DNA from: a virus
Lineage: Duplodnaviria; Caudoviricetes
Virus record (IMG/VR): IMGVR_UViG_3300044840_000044
Span: 1-40,856 of that record
DNA length: 40,856 nucleotides
Direction: 5' to 3' (one strand)
Shown here one piece after another: positions 18,338 through 26,286 of this stretch (position 1 is the first letter of the stretch; each line of letters opens with the position of its first letter). Under the pieces are notes generated by a model, which had not been told where the DNA came from, made no database searches, and saw nothing but the letters and a program-made list of their open reading frames with translations. A program made the position numbers and the translations under genes.

Positions 18338-19909
18338 ATGTTCTCAAGTGAAACTTTTTCGGAATATTCGTTCAGTGACGTGTTTCAATCCGCAAGAGTT
18401 TCACTTTACGGTTTTGCCGCGATATCGGTGTCACGCGAATTCCGCATCTTCTCTGCCACCAGTGAGTTCGTCACCAAATCGACGGATGCACTGGTGTCAA
18501 TGCCGTTCTTCGGCACGCTGGTGCAGCCACTGAGTTTTACCCGTTCGTTGCTCGGCTCGGACATCATCGGCAACTTTTCGTCAGGCGTCGGCGAATTATC
18601 GATTGCCAACACCGATGGCGTGTATGATTTTTTGCCACAGACCTTCGCCATCGACGGCCGCGCCATTGTTGTCAAGGTTGGCCGCGAAGGCGATGCCTAC
18701 GACAATTTCTATACCATCTTCAACGGCACGGCTTCGGACTGGGTGATTCAGGAAGACAACGTCATCGTCAAGCTGGTCGATAACGGTTATCTGCTGGACG
18801 TTACCGTGCAACCAAACCTGTTTGCCGGGACCGCTGGACTCGAAGGTACGGCAGACCTCACCGGCAAGCGCAAGCCGCGCACGCTCGGTACGGTCTACAA
18901 TATCAGCCCGCCACTGGTTATCCCGTCGTCGCTGCTCTATCAAGTCAATGATGGACCGGTGTTTTCGATTGATGCAGTCTATGATCGCGGCGTTGCGCTG
19001 GTGTTCTATACCAACTATGCCAACAGTGCCTCGTTGCTGGCCGCATCAATCCCGGCCGGGCAATATGCCACGTGCGTTTCCGAAGGGTTGTTCAGACTGA
19101 ACACGGTGCCAACAGGTACCGTCTGTGCCGATGTTCACGGCGACAATACCAACGGCGTGTATGCGCGGACTTCGGCCGATATCGTTCGCCGCATTCTGCT
19201 CACGTCGAAGATCGCAGACCCGTTAGGTCTCTATCTGCCGTCGTTTGACATCGTCAATAACGTGCAACCGGCAACGGTTGGCTATTACATCGCCCCCGAC
19301 GACACCAACACCATTGCCGATGCAATTGCCAATATCATGGGTGGTGTCGGCGGCTGGGGCGGCTTCCGCCGCACCGGCCAATTCGAGGTCGGTATCTTTC
19401 TCACGCCTATTGGTGTGACGCCTAATGTTTTCATTGATCGCACCGACGTTCTGAGTATTCAGCGCGAAGCGTTGCCATCGGCGTTGACGCCGCCGCCATA
19501 CCGCTTTCGTTGCGGCTATCAACACGTCTGGACCGTGCAAACCGACGTGGCGGCCAGCGTGGGTGCGGCACGCAAGGGATTCTTGGCCGAAGCTGACCGC
19601 TATTCGAGTTCGATCAATCTGACGGTAAAGATCGATCATCCGTTTGCCCATGACCGGGACCCGATACCAAGCCGGTTTGCGACACTCGCCGATGCGCAAA
19701 CCGAGTCCGATAGGTTGCTTGCACTCTATGCCCGTTCAGCCGCGCTCTATCGTTTCACAGTCGGTGTCGAACCGTTCGCGCTCGATATTGGCGATGTCAT
19801 CAATCTGAAATATCCGCGTTGGGATTTAACGGTCGGCAAGAATCTTCGGATTGTCGAATTCACCGAAAATGCCGCATCCAACACAATTGAACTGGTAGCT
19901 TATGGCTAA
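18338..19909 (+). CDS. Tail tip (hub/baseplate) protein
   Basis: 523 aa. LSIANTDG.YD, GRAIVVKVG, GKRKPRTLGTVYNISP, AVYDRG, LDIGDVINLKYPR. Confidence 0.75.
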   Translation: MFSSETFSEYSFSDVFQSARVSLYGFAAISVSREFRIFSATSEFVTKSTDALVSMPFFGTLVQPLSFTRSLLGSDIIGNFSSGVGELSIANTDGVYDFLPQTFAIDGRAIVVKVGREGDAYDNFYTIFNGTASDWVIQEDNVIVKLVDNGYLLDVTVQPNLFAGTAGLEGTADLTGKRKPRTLGTVYNISPPLVIPSSLLYQVNDGPVFSIDAVYDRGVALVFYTNYANSASLLAASIPAGQYATCVSEGLFRLNTVPTGTVCADVHGDNTNGVYARTSADIVRRILLTSKIADPLGLYLPSFDIVNNVQPATVGYYIAPDDTNTIADAIANIMGGVGGWGGFRRTGQFEVGIFLTPIGVTPNVFIDRTDVLSIQREALPSALTPPPYRFRCGYQHVWTVQTDVAASVGAARKGFLAEADRYSSSINLTVKIDHPFAHDRDPIPSRFATLADAQTESDRLLALYARSAALYRFTVGVEPFALDIGDVINLKYPRWDLTVGKNLRIVEFTENAASNTIELVAYG

Positions 19910-20660
19910 TGCCTGCATTGCTTACACCAATCTTGTCGATACCGCGCCGGTTATCACTGCAACATCCTCCAATCTTCTGTTGCCTGTTTCCAATATCGTC
20001 AATGCCCATATCGCGCGAAAATGGCGCGGCTCAACGGCCGGTGGCGATTCCATCATCATCGATCTAGGTTCGCTCATCAGTATCGACACCATTGCGGCAT
20101 TCGGGGTCACTGGTGACACCATCACCTTCAAGGCATCGGCAATCGATCCAACCGGGTCGCTCGGTGAACTCGCCTTCGGCAGCTTCACCGTCGACCAGAA
20201 CTATCTTTCTCAGGTGATGCTGATCGGCGGGCCGATTAGCGCGCGATACATCCGTATCAGTGTCACCAATGGGGTTAGCGGTCTGGTCGAAGTCGGCCGG
20301 GCCTTTGTCGGTCTCAAAACCCAGTTCACATATAATTACGTCAAAGGCTGGCAGCGTACTTGGAACGACAGAAGCCTGCGGTCGAAAACTCGCGGTGGCC
20401 AGACCCAGATTTTTTCCGACTCGGTTTATCGCACCTATGACGTAACGTTCGATTTCCTGACCCAGTCAGATCGCGACGGTTTCATTGAAACAGTCGACCG
20501 CGTCAATGCCATGAAAACCGATGTCCTGTTCATCACCAACCCGGCCAGCGCCAATCTTTCGCGCGATTCGGTCTGGGGTTTGATGACGACGCTTTCGCCG
20601 GTCGTACAGCAATACATTTCGACTTACAGCAAACAATATTCGATTGAAGAACGCCTATGA
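19902..20660 (+). CDS. Tail tip protein (distal-tail-like, with galactose-binding-type N-terminal region)
   Basis: 252 aa. ARYIRISV, VEVGRAFVG, D.S....TRGG, IEERL C-terminus. Confidence 0.65.
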   Translation: MANACIAYTNLVDTAPVITATSSNLLLPVSNIVNAHIARKWRGSTAGGDSIIIDLGSLISIDTIAAFGVTGDTITFKASAIDPTGSLGELAFGSFTVDQNYLSQVMLIGGPISARYIRISVTNGVSGLVEVGRAFVGLKTQFTYNYVKGWQRTWNDRSLRSKTRGGQTQIFSDSVYRTYDVTFDFLTQSDRDGFIETVDRVNAMKTDVLFITNPASANLSRDSVWGLMTTLSPVVQQYISTYSKQYSIEERL

Positions 20661-21352
20661 CATTCAGACTGTATGACCGCGTTCGCGAAACAACAAATAC
20701 GGTTGGCCTACTAGATTTCTCGACCAACGGCGCAGTGAGCGGATACCGACGATTTGGTGATGTTCTCTCACTCGGTGATACTACTTGGTATGCCTGCGTG
20801 CTTCCGGGCGGTGCATGGGAAGTCGGCATCGGCACCATGTTGTCAGGCGGTTTTGGCTTGCAGCGCGGTACCATTCTTGATTCCAGTACCGGGTCTAAGA
20901 TCAATTTCGCGGCCGGGACAAAAGATATTTTCATCGCACTGCCAGCGTCTAAAGGCAACGTGATGGATAACACGTTCCCCGCTGGTACGCGCATCGTATT
21001 CCAGCAAACCAATGCGCCTTTGTACTGGACTAAGATTATCGATCTGGACAACTCGGCACTGCGCATCACCAGCGGCGCAACGGGCTTCGGCGGCAGCAAA
21101 GGATTCACCACGGCGTTTGCTGCCACCCGCCCGGTATCCAATACAACGCTGACTATCTCTCAGATGCCGTTGCATGACCACGTCTTTAATAACCCGCAAG
21201 CTGGTGGCCAAAAAGTCGGCGGCACCGGCTCGCAACCATATGACTCCGTCGTGTCGGCCAATACCGGAGGGCAGGGCGGAAGTACCTCACATAACCACAC
21301 CATAGATATTGACGTTTGGTACACGGACGTAATCACCGCTTACAAGAACTGA
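20657..21352 (+). CDS. Short tail fibre protein
   Basis: N-terminal DRVRETT..WEVGIG..KINF anchor. Collar-like FPAGTRIVFQQTNAP.YWTK. HDH and HNH metal-binding motifs typical of fibre tips. Confidence 0.75.
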   Translation: MTFRLYDRVRETTNTVGLLDFSTNGAVSGYRRFGDVLSLGDTTWYACVLPGGAWEVGIGTMLSGGFGLQRGTILDSSTGSKINFAAGTKDIFIALPASKGNVMDNTFPAGTRIVFQQTNAPLYWTKIIDLDNSALRITSGATGFGGSKGFTTAFAATRPVSNTTLTISQMPLHDHVFNNPQAGGQKVGGTGSQPYDSVVSANTGGQGGSTSHNHTIDIDVWYTDVITAYKN

Positions 21353-21359
21353 GGAACAA

Positions 21360-21608
21360 ATGAGAGTCACGATATTTACGAATGACAACAGCGTTATTGT
21401 GGAGGGTTACAAAAACGTCGTCGATTGTTCGTTGCTCGACGAACACATCAGCGTCATTCAATGGTACGGCGCATCCGGCGAAATCGAATTCCACAATAAT
21501 TCGCACATCGACAACGACGTAAAGGGTAATGAAGTCATCACTGACTTTGCGCCGTTTCAATATCTCGTTGATGCATGGGAAGTTGAGGCACGCAAAGATG
21601 CTGCCTGA
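21360..21608 (+). CDS. Probable tail fibre assembly chaperone
   Basis: 82 aa, acidic, GAGGA SD, IQWYG..GEIEF. Immediately after a fibre gene. Confidence 0.6.
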   Translation: MRVTIFTNDNSVIVEGYKNVVDCSLLDEHISVIQWYGASGEIEFHNNSHIDNDVKGNEVITDFAPFQYLVDAWEVEARKDAA

Positions 21609-21888
21609 CAAAAAAGTCAAATGCCCTTACACCGGCTTCACCAAGACGTGCTTCGACGGTGTCACCAAACACCATTGCCCGAAATGGATTCAGCTTCAAG
21701 GCAAGCACCCGCAGACCGGCGACCCGGTCAATGAATATAATTGTTCGGATGCGTGGTTGCCGATGCTGTTGATTGAGAACGCCAACGAGTCACGCAAGGC
21801 GTCGGCGTCGACCGACAGTCTTCGCAACGTGGTCGCCGATATCAACGGCTATGTGCCAACCGGTTCACCACCACTGATGCTTAGATAG
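21598..21888 (+). CDS. Cys-containing phage protein (96 aa)
   Basis: MLPDKKVKCP..C..HCPKWIQLQGKHPQTG..CSDAWLPMLLIEN. Overlaps the upstream stop. Confidence 0.7.
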   Translation: MLPDKKVKCPYTGFTKTCFDGVTKHHCPKWIQLQGKHPQTGDPVNEYNCSDAWLPMLLIENANESRKASASTDSLRNVVADINGYVPTGSPPLMLR

Positions 21889-21894
21889 GAACAG

Positions 21895-22221
21895 ATTACG
21901 AAACAACTGATCCTCGCCGCCCTTGTGGCGGCGTTTTTATTGCCCGTCGCCGCACAGGCCACAACCTGCAAAGCGTCGTTCTATTCCTCCGGCCAGATGA
22001 CCGCACAAGGTCACCGCTTCAAACCCGATGGTTTCACCGCCGCACATCGCACACTGCCGTTCGGCACGCGCTTGCATGTCACTTATCAAGGTCGTTCGGT
22101 CGACGTTGTTATCAATGACCGTGGCCCGGCCAAATGGACCGGCCGGTGTCTTGACCTCTCACGTGGTGCAGCCCGCGCGCTCGGCATGCTCGGCGCTGGC
22201 GTCGGTACCGTCACATTTTAA
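21895..22221 (+). CDS. rlpA: Secreted RlpA-like (DPBB) lytic transglycosylase-family protein; probable ATT start
   Basis: ASFY..TA.G..F....TAAHRTLPFGT.L.V..V.INDRGP..R.LDLSRGAA..LG. The signal peptide (M)TKQLILAALVAAFLLPVAAQA is complete only from ATT 21895. Confidence 0.85.
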   Translation: MTKQLILAALVAAFLLPVAAQATTCKASFYSSGQMTAQGHRFKPDGFTAAHRTLPFGTRLHVTYQGRSVDVVINDRGPAKWTGRCLDLSRGAARALGMLGAGVGTVTF

Positions 22222-22232
22222 CAGGAAAATAA

Positions 22233-23006
22233 ATGTCTCAATGGCCTCACGATGATCCGGCATCACTAGCCGCGTTCTATGGGAATCCGAATACCGGTGC
22301 ACCGGGCAAACAGTTGGTGCCAGTCGTGCCGCCGTTCAAGATGTATTATGATGGCAAGCCCATTGCTCACATCATGTTTCACAAGAAAGCCGCGTTGGCG
22401 CTCACTGCCGCGCTCAATGCGATCTGGGAACATTACGACTGCAACCAAGCAGCCATCGACAAGGCCGGTATCTCCCGATATTCCGGCGCATACAATCCCC
22501 GAAAAATTCGCGGCAGTGCCACGCGCTGGTCGAACCACGCCTATGGTGCGGCAATCGACTTCGATGCCGAACATAACGGCTTCAACACCGGTCACGGCAA
22601 GATGCCACAGGCCGTGGTCGACGCCTTCAAGGCACAGGGCGCGTTGTGGGGCGGCGACTATCATGGCCGCACCGACCCGATGCATTTCGAATTCTGTTCG
22701 CGCGGCGCGCAACCGGCTGCGTTCATGCCACAGGCTGATGCCGACACCGACGAAAACAGGCCAGAGACTGATTCCAACGGCGTCGATACCGACAACCCGA
22801 ACGTCGCCGCCAACGAAATCGGTGATGCCAATGCGGCTTGGTACGTCAAGCTATGGTCTTGGATTTCCGGTGGTGGCATTGCCACGCTCGGTGTCGGTGG
22901 ATCATTGCTCAGCGGCGTCACGCCGCAAGTGGTCCTGATCGTGCTGGCGTTTGCGCTGATCGTATTTCTGGTGGTGTGGTTCACCAAGAAAGGCAGAGGC
23001 TGGTAA
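22233..23006 (+). CDS. Endolysin, M15-family Zn peptidase, with acidic linker and C-terminal membrane anchor
   Basis: YNPRKIRG, SNHAYGAAID, WGGDY, DPMHFE. C-terminal VVLIVLAFALIVFLVVWF-KKGR. Confidence 0.9.
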   Translation: MSQWPHDDPASLAAFYGNPNTGAPGKQLVPVVPPFKMYYDGKPIAHIMFHKKAALALTAALNAIWEHYDCNQAAIDKAGISRYSGAYNPRKIRGSATRWSNHAYGAAIDFDAEHNGFNTGHGKMPQAVVDAFKAQGALWGGDYHGRTDPMHFEFCSRGAQPAAFMPQADADTDENRPETDSNGVDTDNPNVAANEIGDANAAWYVKLWSWISGGGIATLGVGGSLLSGVTPQVVLIVLAFALIVFLVVWFTKKGRGW

Positions 23007-23401
23007 TGTTCATCGCTTCACTGGGTTATTATCTGATCGCACATTGGGGACTGGTGTTGATCGCTACCGCTGTAGTGATCGGACTCGGTGCTACCGCTTG
23101 GTTCTTGAAGAACTTGAAGATCGCATTCCTTGCCATCGGCTTGGCAGTTGTCGGGTTCATGTATCAAGGCGCGGTGATGCACGGCATTCAGTTGCAGATG
23201 ACCAGAGACGCGGCAATCGAAAAAATCATTCTTCAAGGCCGCGCCGACGATCTTGAAAACCTCGCCATCAAGGATGCGGCACAGGCCAAGACCGATGCCG
23301 ACAAAATCACAAAACTGGAAAAGGATGCACGTGACACACCGAAAAACAACGGGGCTTGTTTGCCTGCTGATGCTGCTGGCCGTATTGGGCGGGTGCGTTG
23401 A
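23006..23401 (+). CDS. Rz: i-spanin (Rz-like)
   Basis: TAATG overlap. N-terminal hydrophobic segments, then a coiled periplasmic domain with a C-terminal Cys. Confidence 0.75.
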   Translation: MFIASLGYYLIAHWGLVLIATAVVIGLGATAWFLKNLKIAFLAIGLAVVGFMYQGAVMHGIQLQMTRDAAIEKIILQGRADDLENLAIKDAAQAKTDADKITKLEKDARDTPKNNGACLPADAAGRIGRVR

Positions 23402-23615
23402 TGGTGATCGCACGGTGGCAGGCAAACTGCCGACCGTGCCCGCCGACATTCAGCAATGCTTCAACAAGGGTGTCGGTGCCGTGCCTGCGCGTGCGCTCAA
23501 CATCGCCGAAGTGGAATCGCTTTGGAAGAATGACCGCGTGCGCGTGGTCGTGATGCAGACATGCGGCAAGCGCGTGTTGTCATGGTATGAGACATTGCGG
23601 GTTAACTGGAAATGA
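23325..23615 (+). CDS. Rz1: o-spanin lipoprotein (Rz1-like)
   Basis: Overlaps the Rz 3' end in another frame. Lipobox LLAVLGG-C, Pro-containing mature region with two further Cys. Confidence 0.8.
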   Translation: MHVTHRKTTGLVCLLMLLAVLGGCVDGDRTVAGKLPTVPADIQQCFNKGVGAVPARALNIAEVESLWKNDRVRVVVMQTCGKRVLSWYETLRVNWK

Positions 23616-24205
23616 CAGCCAAAACACCGGACACCGTCGCCGTCGAAGTTGAAGTTCTCAAGAACGATGTCGGTGAAATCAAATCCAGTCTCTCATCGCT
23701 CTATAGCAAGATTGACCGGTCAGTCGGCGAACTCGGCAGCGAAATGCGCCGCGCCATCGATGTCCTGAGTTCTCAGATCAATGAACGATCAAAGACGCCA
23801 TGGGCGGTGATCTGGGGTGGTCTCAGTGTCATCATTCTGTTGATGGGCTTCATTGCCAATCAGGCATTGTCACCGATAATGAGCGATATTCATTCGCTCA
23901 AGGACAACATCGTAACCCGCACCGAACATGAGACCCGTTGGGCATCGAATGAAATCCGCCTCAAGGGTGACGAACAGGCGTTGCTGCAAATTCAGGACAG
24001 GCGGTACGCCGAAGCCACCAAACAGAGCGATAGATTGGCAGAGGAAAACAAGGAAATTCGAGTCGCTCATTTGCGCGACATGCAAGACCAGATCAACAAG
24101 GTGTTTGCGCGTGATCGCGCAACGCTTGAAGCGGAAAAAGACCGGCTGGAAACAGAGGTCCGCGAACTTCGCCGCGTGCAGGATGCAGGCAAGGCGACCA
24201 AGTAA
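23612..24205 (+). CDS. Single-TM coiled-coil membrane protein, holin candidate
   Basis: 197 aa with one TM (WAVIWGGLSVIILLMGFIA) between coiled coils. Last gene of the lysis cassette. Confidence 0.5.
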   Translation: MTAKTPDTVAVEVEVLKNDVGEIKSSLSSLYSKIDRSVGELGSEMRRAIDVLSSQINERSKTPWAVIWGGLSVIILLMGFIANQALSPIMSDIHSLKDNIVTRTEHETRWASNEIRLKGDEQALLQIQDRRYAEATKQSDRLAEENKEIRVAHLRDMQDQINKVFARDRATLEAEKDRLETEVRELRRVQDAGKATK

Positions 24206-24276
24206 ATCTAACCGGTCACCTCCTATCTAAAAGTGCCGGTTTTCGGTACAAATCCAGCATACTGAAAGAGGTCATT

Positions 24277-25452
24277 TTGCCAACCAAACCCCTAGCAGAT
24301 GAAGTGATTTTAGAAGCCGTCAGGCTTCGCACAGAGCACCCCACAGCGGCCCTCGCCGCCAAGGCAGGCGGTATCACCCCCCGCGAATTAACCCAGCGGC
24401 TGGTACGCGCTGCCCAACGTGGCCTTGATGGCTCGGTACCGAAGCCCGCACCGCCCGGCTTCGTGGTCAAGGGAACCACGACGCTATACAAGCCCGATGG
24501 TTCCACCGTTCTGCAATGGGTTCGCAACACCGACGAACCGTCGCTTGAAGATATTGCGGCGGCAATGCGGACGGCGTTCGATGGTTTCAAAGGCTTCGGC
24601 AGGCCGATAGCGCGGCCCGCCCATGCCCGCGCCGATCTGTGCACGCTCACCCCGATTGGTGATCTGCACGTCGGCATGTACGCATGGGAAGGCGATAGCG
24701 GCACCAACTGGGATTTGAAGATCGCCGAAGCCGTGATCGGTGAAGCCGTCGACCAGACGGTGTTGAGTTCCGAAAAATCCGGTCTGGGGATTGTGCTGTT
24801 CGGCGGTGATTATTTTCATGCCGACAACAAGAACAATGAGACCTCGAAATCCCGCAACCCGTTGGATGTCGACGGCCGCTATGACAAGGTCATTGAAGTC
24901 GGCACAAGGCTGGCGGTGCGGATCATTGATCGGCATCTGGCGCACCATGACAAGGTGTTGGCCCGCGCGCTCAAGGGCAACCACGATGAGCATTCATCAG
25001 TCGCGCTGGCGTGGTTCCTGAAAGCGTACTACCGCAACGAACCCCGCGTCACCATCGATGTCGATGCATCGCTGTTTTTCTGGCACCGCTTCGGCGAAGT
25101 CATGATCGGTTCAACTCATGGCCATGAAACCAAGCTGGCGAAACTACCGCAAGTGATGGCGGTTCGCCGCGCGGCAGACTGGGGCGCGACAAAGTTTCGC
25201 TTCTGTCACGGCTTCCATCTGCATCACGCCGACAAGCTCGGCTTTGAAGATGGCGGCTGTATCTCGGAAGTGCATCAGACGATCACGCCGCAGGACACGT
25301 GGAATTTCGGCCGTGGCTTCCTGTCAGGCCAATCGCTCTCATCGATCACCTATCACAAGAACGCAGGCGAGGTCGGGCGCAAGCGCACGGTGATTATGGA
25401 CAATGTCGTATTGCCCGCGAACGATAACATCAAGAAACAAAAGGCCGCGTGA
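24277..25452 (+). CDS. Calcineurin-like metallophosphoesterase with N-terminal HTH-like region
   Basis: GDLHVG, GGDYFH, KGNHD, THGH, GFHLHH motifs. TTG start after GAGG. Confidence 0.85.
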   Translation: MPTKPLADEVILEAVRLRTEHPTAALAAKAGGITPRELTQRLVRAAQRGLDGSVPKPAPPGFVVKGTTTLYKPDGSTVLQWVRNTDEPSLEDIAAAMRTAFDGFKGFGRPIARPAHARADLCTLTPIGDLHVGMYAWEGDSGTNWDLKIAEAVIGEAVDQTVLSSEKSGLGIVLFGGDYFHADNKNNETSKSRNPLDVDGRYDKVIEVGTRLAVRIIDRHLAHHDKVLARALKGNHDEHSSVALAWFLKAYYRNEPRVTIDVDASLFFWHRFGEVMIGSTHGHETKLAKLPQVMAVRRAADWGATKFRFCHGFHLHHADKLGFEDGGCISEVHQTITPQDTWNFGRGFLSGQSLSSITYHKNAGEVGRKRTVIMDNVVLPANDNIKKQKAA

Positions 25453-25616
25453 TGAAAGAGACACCAAACGAACGCCGCGAACGGCTGATCAAAGAATACA
25501 ACGCCGATGCTGACAACTTCGTCAACGGCGGCGGGGCACGCAAGACGCTCGGTTTCCGTTACGATGCGAACGGGGGCAAGGTATTCGATAGCTTCGAAGA
25601 TTACCTGAACGGCTGA
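25452..25616 (+). CDS. Hypothetical protein (54 aa, MKETPNERRERL...), not in ORF track
   Basis: TGATG overlaps at both ends. Confidence 0.65.
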   Translation: MKETPNERRERLIKEYNADADNFVNGGGARKTLGFRYDANGGKVFDSFEDYLNG

Positions 25617-25819
25617 TGGCCAGCCGATACTATCACGTCACCAACGGCGAGTGGCTTGAAGTGCCGAAGCGTGGCTATCGCGAACAATGCTGCGATTGCG
25701 GGTTGGTTCATGAGCATACCTATCGCATCAACGCCAAGGGCAAGCTCGAAATCAAATCCACCAGACATGAACGCGCGACCGCTGGCGCGCGCAAGGCGTT
25801 TCGCTTTGAGAAGGATTGA
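25616..25819 (+). CDS. Small zinc-ribbon-like phage protein
   Basis: CCDCGLVH motif, translationally coupled start. Confidence 0.65.
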   Translation: MASRYYHVTNGEWLEVPKRGYREQCCDCGLVHEHTYRINAKGKLEIKSTRHERATAGARKAFRFEKD

Positions 25820-25821
25820 GG

Positions 25822-26160
25822 ATGAAGGATTTCCAACTGGCGTGCGATCAGATTCCACGACTGGCCAATAATCAACTGTCACCGTGTACGCATGGCATAA
25901 CTCCCGGCATTACCGACACCACCAAGCCGGTACGACAACAACAGATCGGCGGTTCGCATTACACCGACATGGCTATCCAGCCGATCACCTATATTTTCGC
26001 CAACAAGCTTGGCTTCGTTGAAGGCAACGTCGTCAGCTACGTTTCCAGATGGCGCGTCAAAGGCGGCATCAAAGACCTCAAGAAAGCACATCATCACCTT
26101 GCACTACTGATTGAGGAAGCCGAAGCCCAGCAAGCAACCGGAGTCAAATTCGGAATCTAG
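25822..26160 (+). CDS. DUF3310 (SaV-like) phage protein
   Basis: QIGGSHY..MAIQP..GF.EGNVV.YV.RWR.KGG..DL.KA. Confidence 0.85.
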   Translation: MKDFQLACDQIPRLANNQLSPCTHGITPGITDTTKPVRQQQIGGSHYTDMAIQPITYIFANKLGFVEGNVVSYVSRWRVKGGIKDLKKAHHHLALLIEEAEAQQATGVKFGI

Positions 26161-26240
26161 TTTCCGGTCGGGCGGCAGGCTCATGACCTTTGCCGCCTAA
26201 AGCAATAACAAGACTCATTGACACGAACTCACAATTGTTG

Positions 26241-26265
26241 CGCCGCCTACGGGCGGCGATTTTTT
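26241..26265 (+). terminator. Terminator-like hairpin just upstream of nrdJ
   Basis: CGCCGCC-TACG-GGCGGCG-ATTTTTT. Confidence 0.65.
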
Positions 26266-26286
26266 CGTTCTAGACAGGTCAAATAT

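Noticed and set aside
26161-26286. Cobalamin riboswitch or NrdR box upstream of nrdJ
   Set aside because: The region is short, and neither B12-box-type conserved elements nor an NrdR-type palindrome is recognisable.
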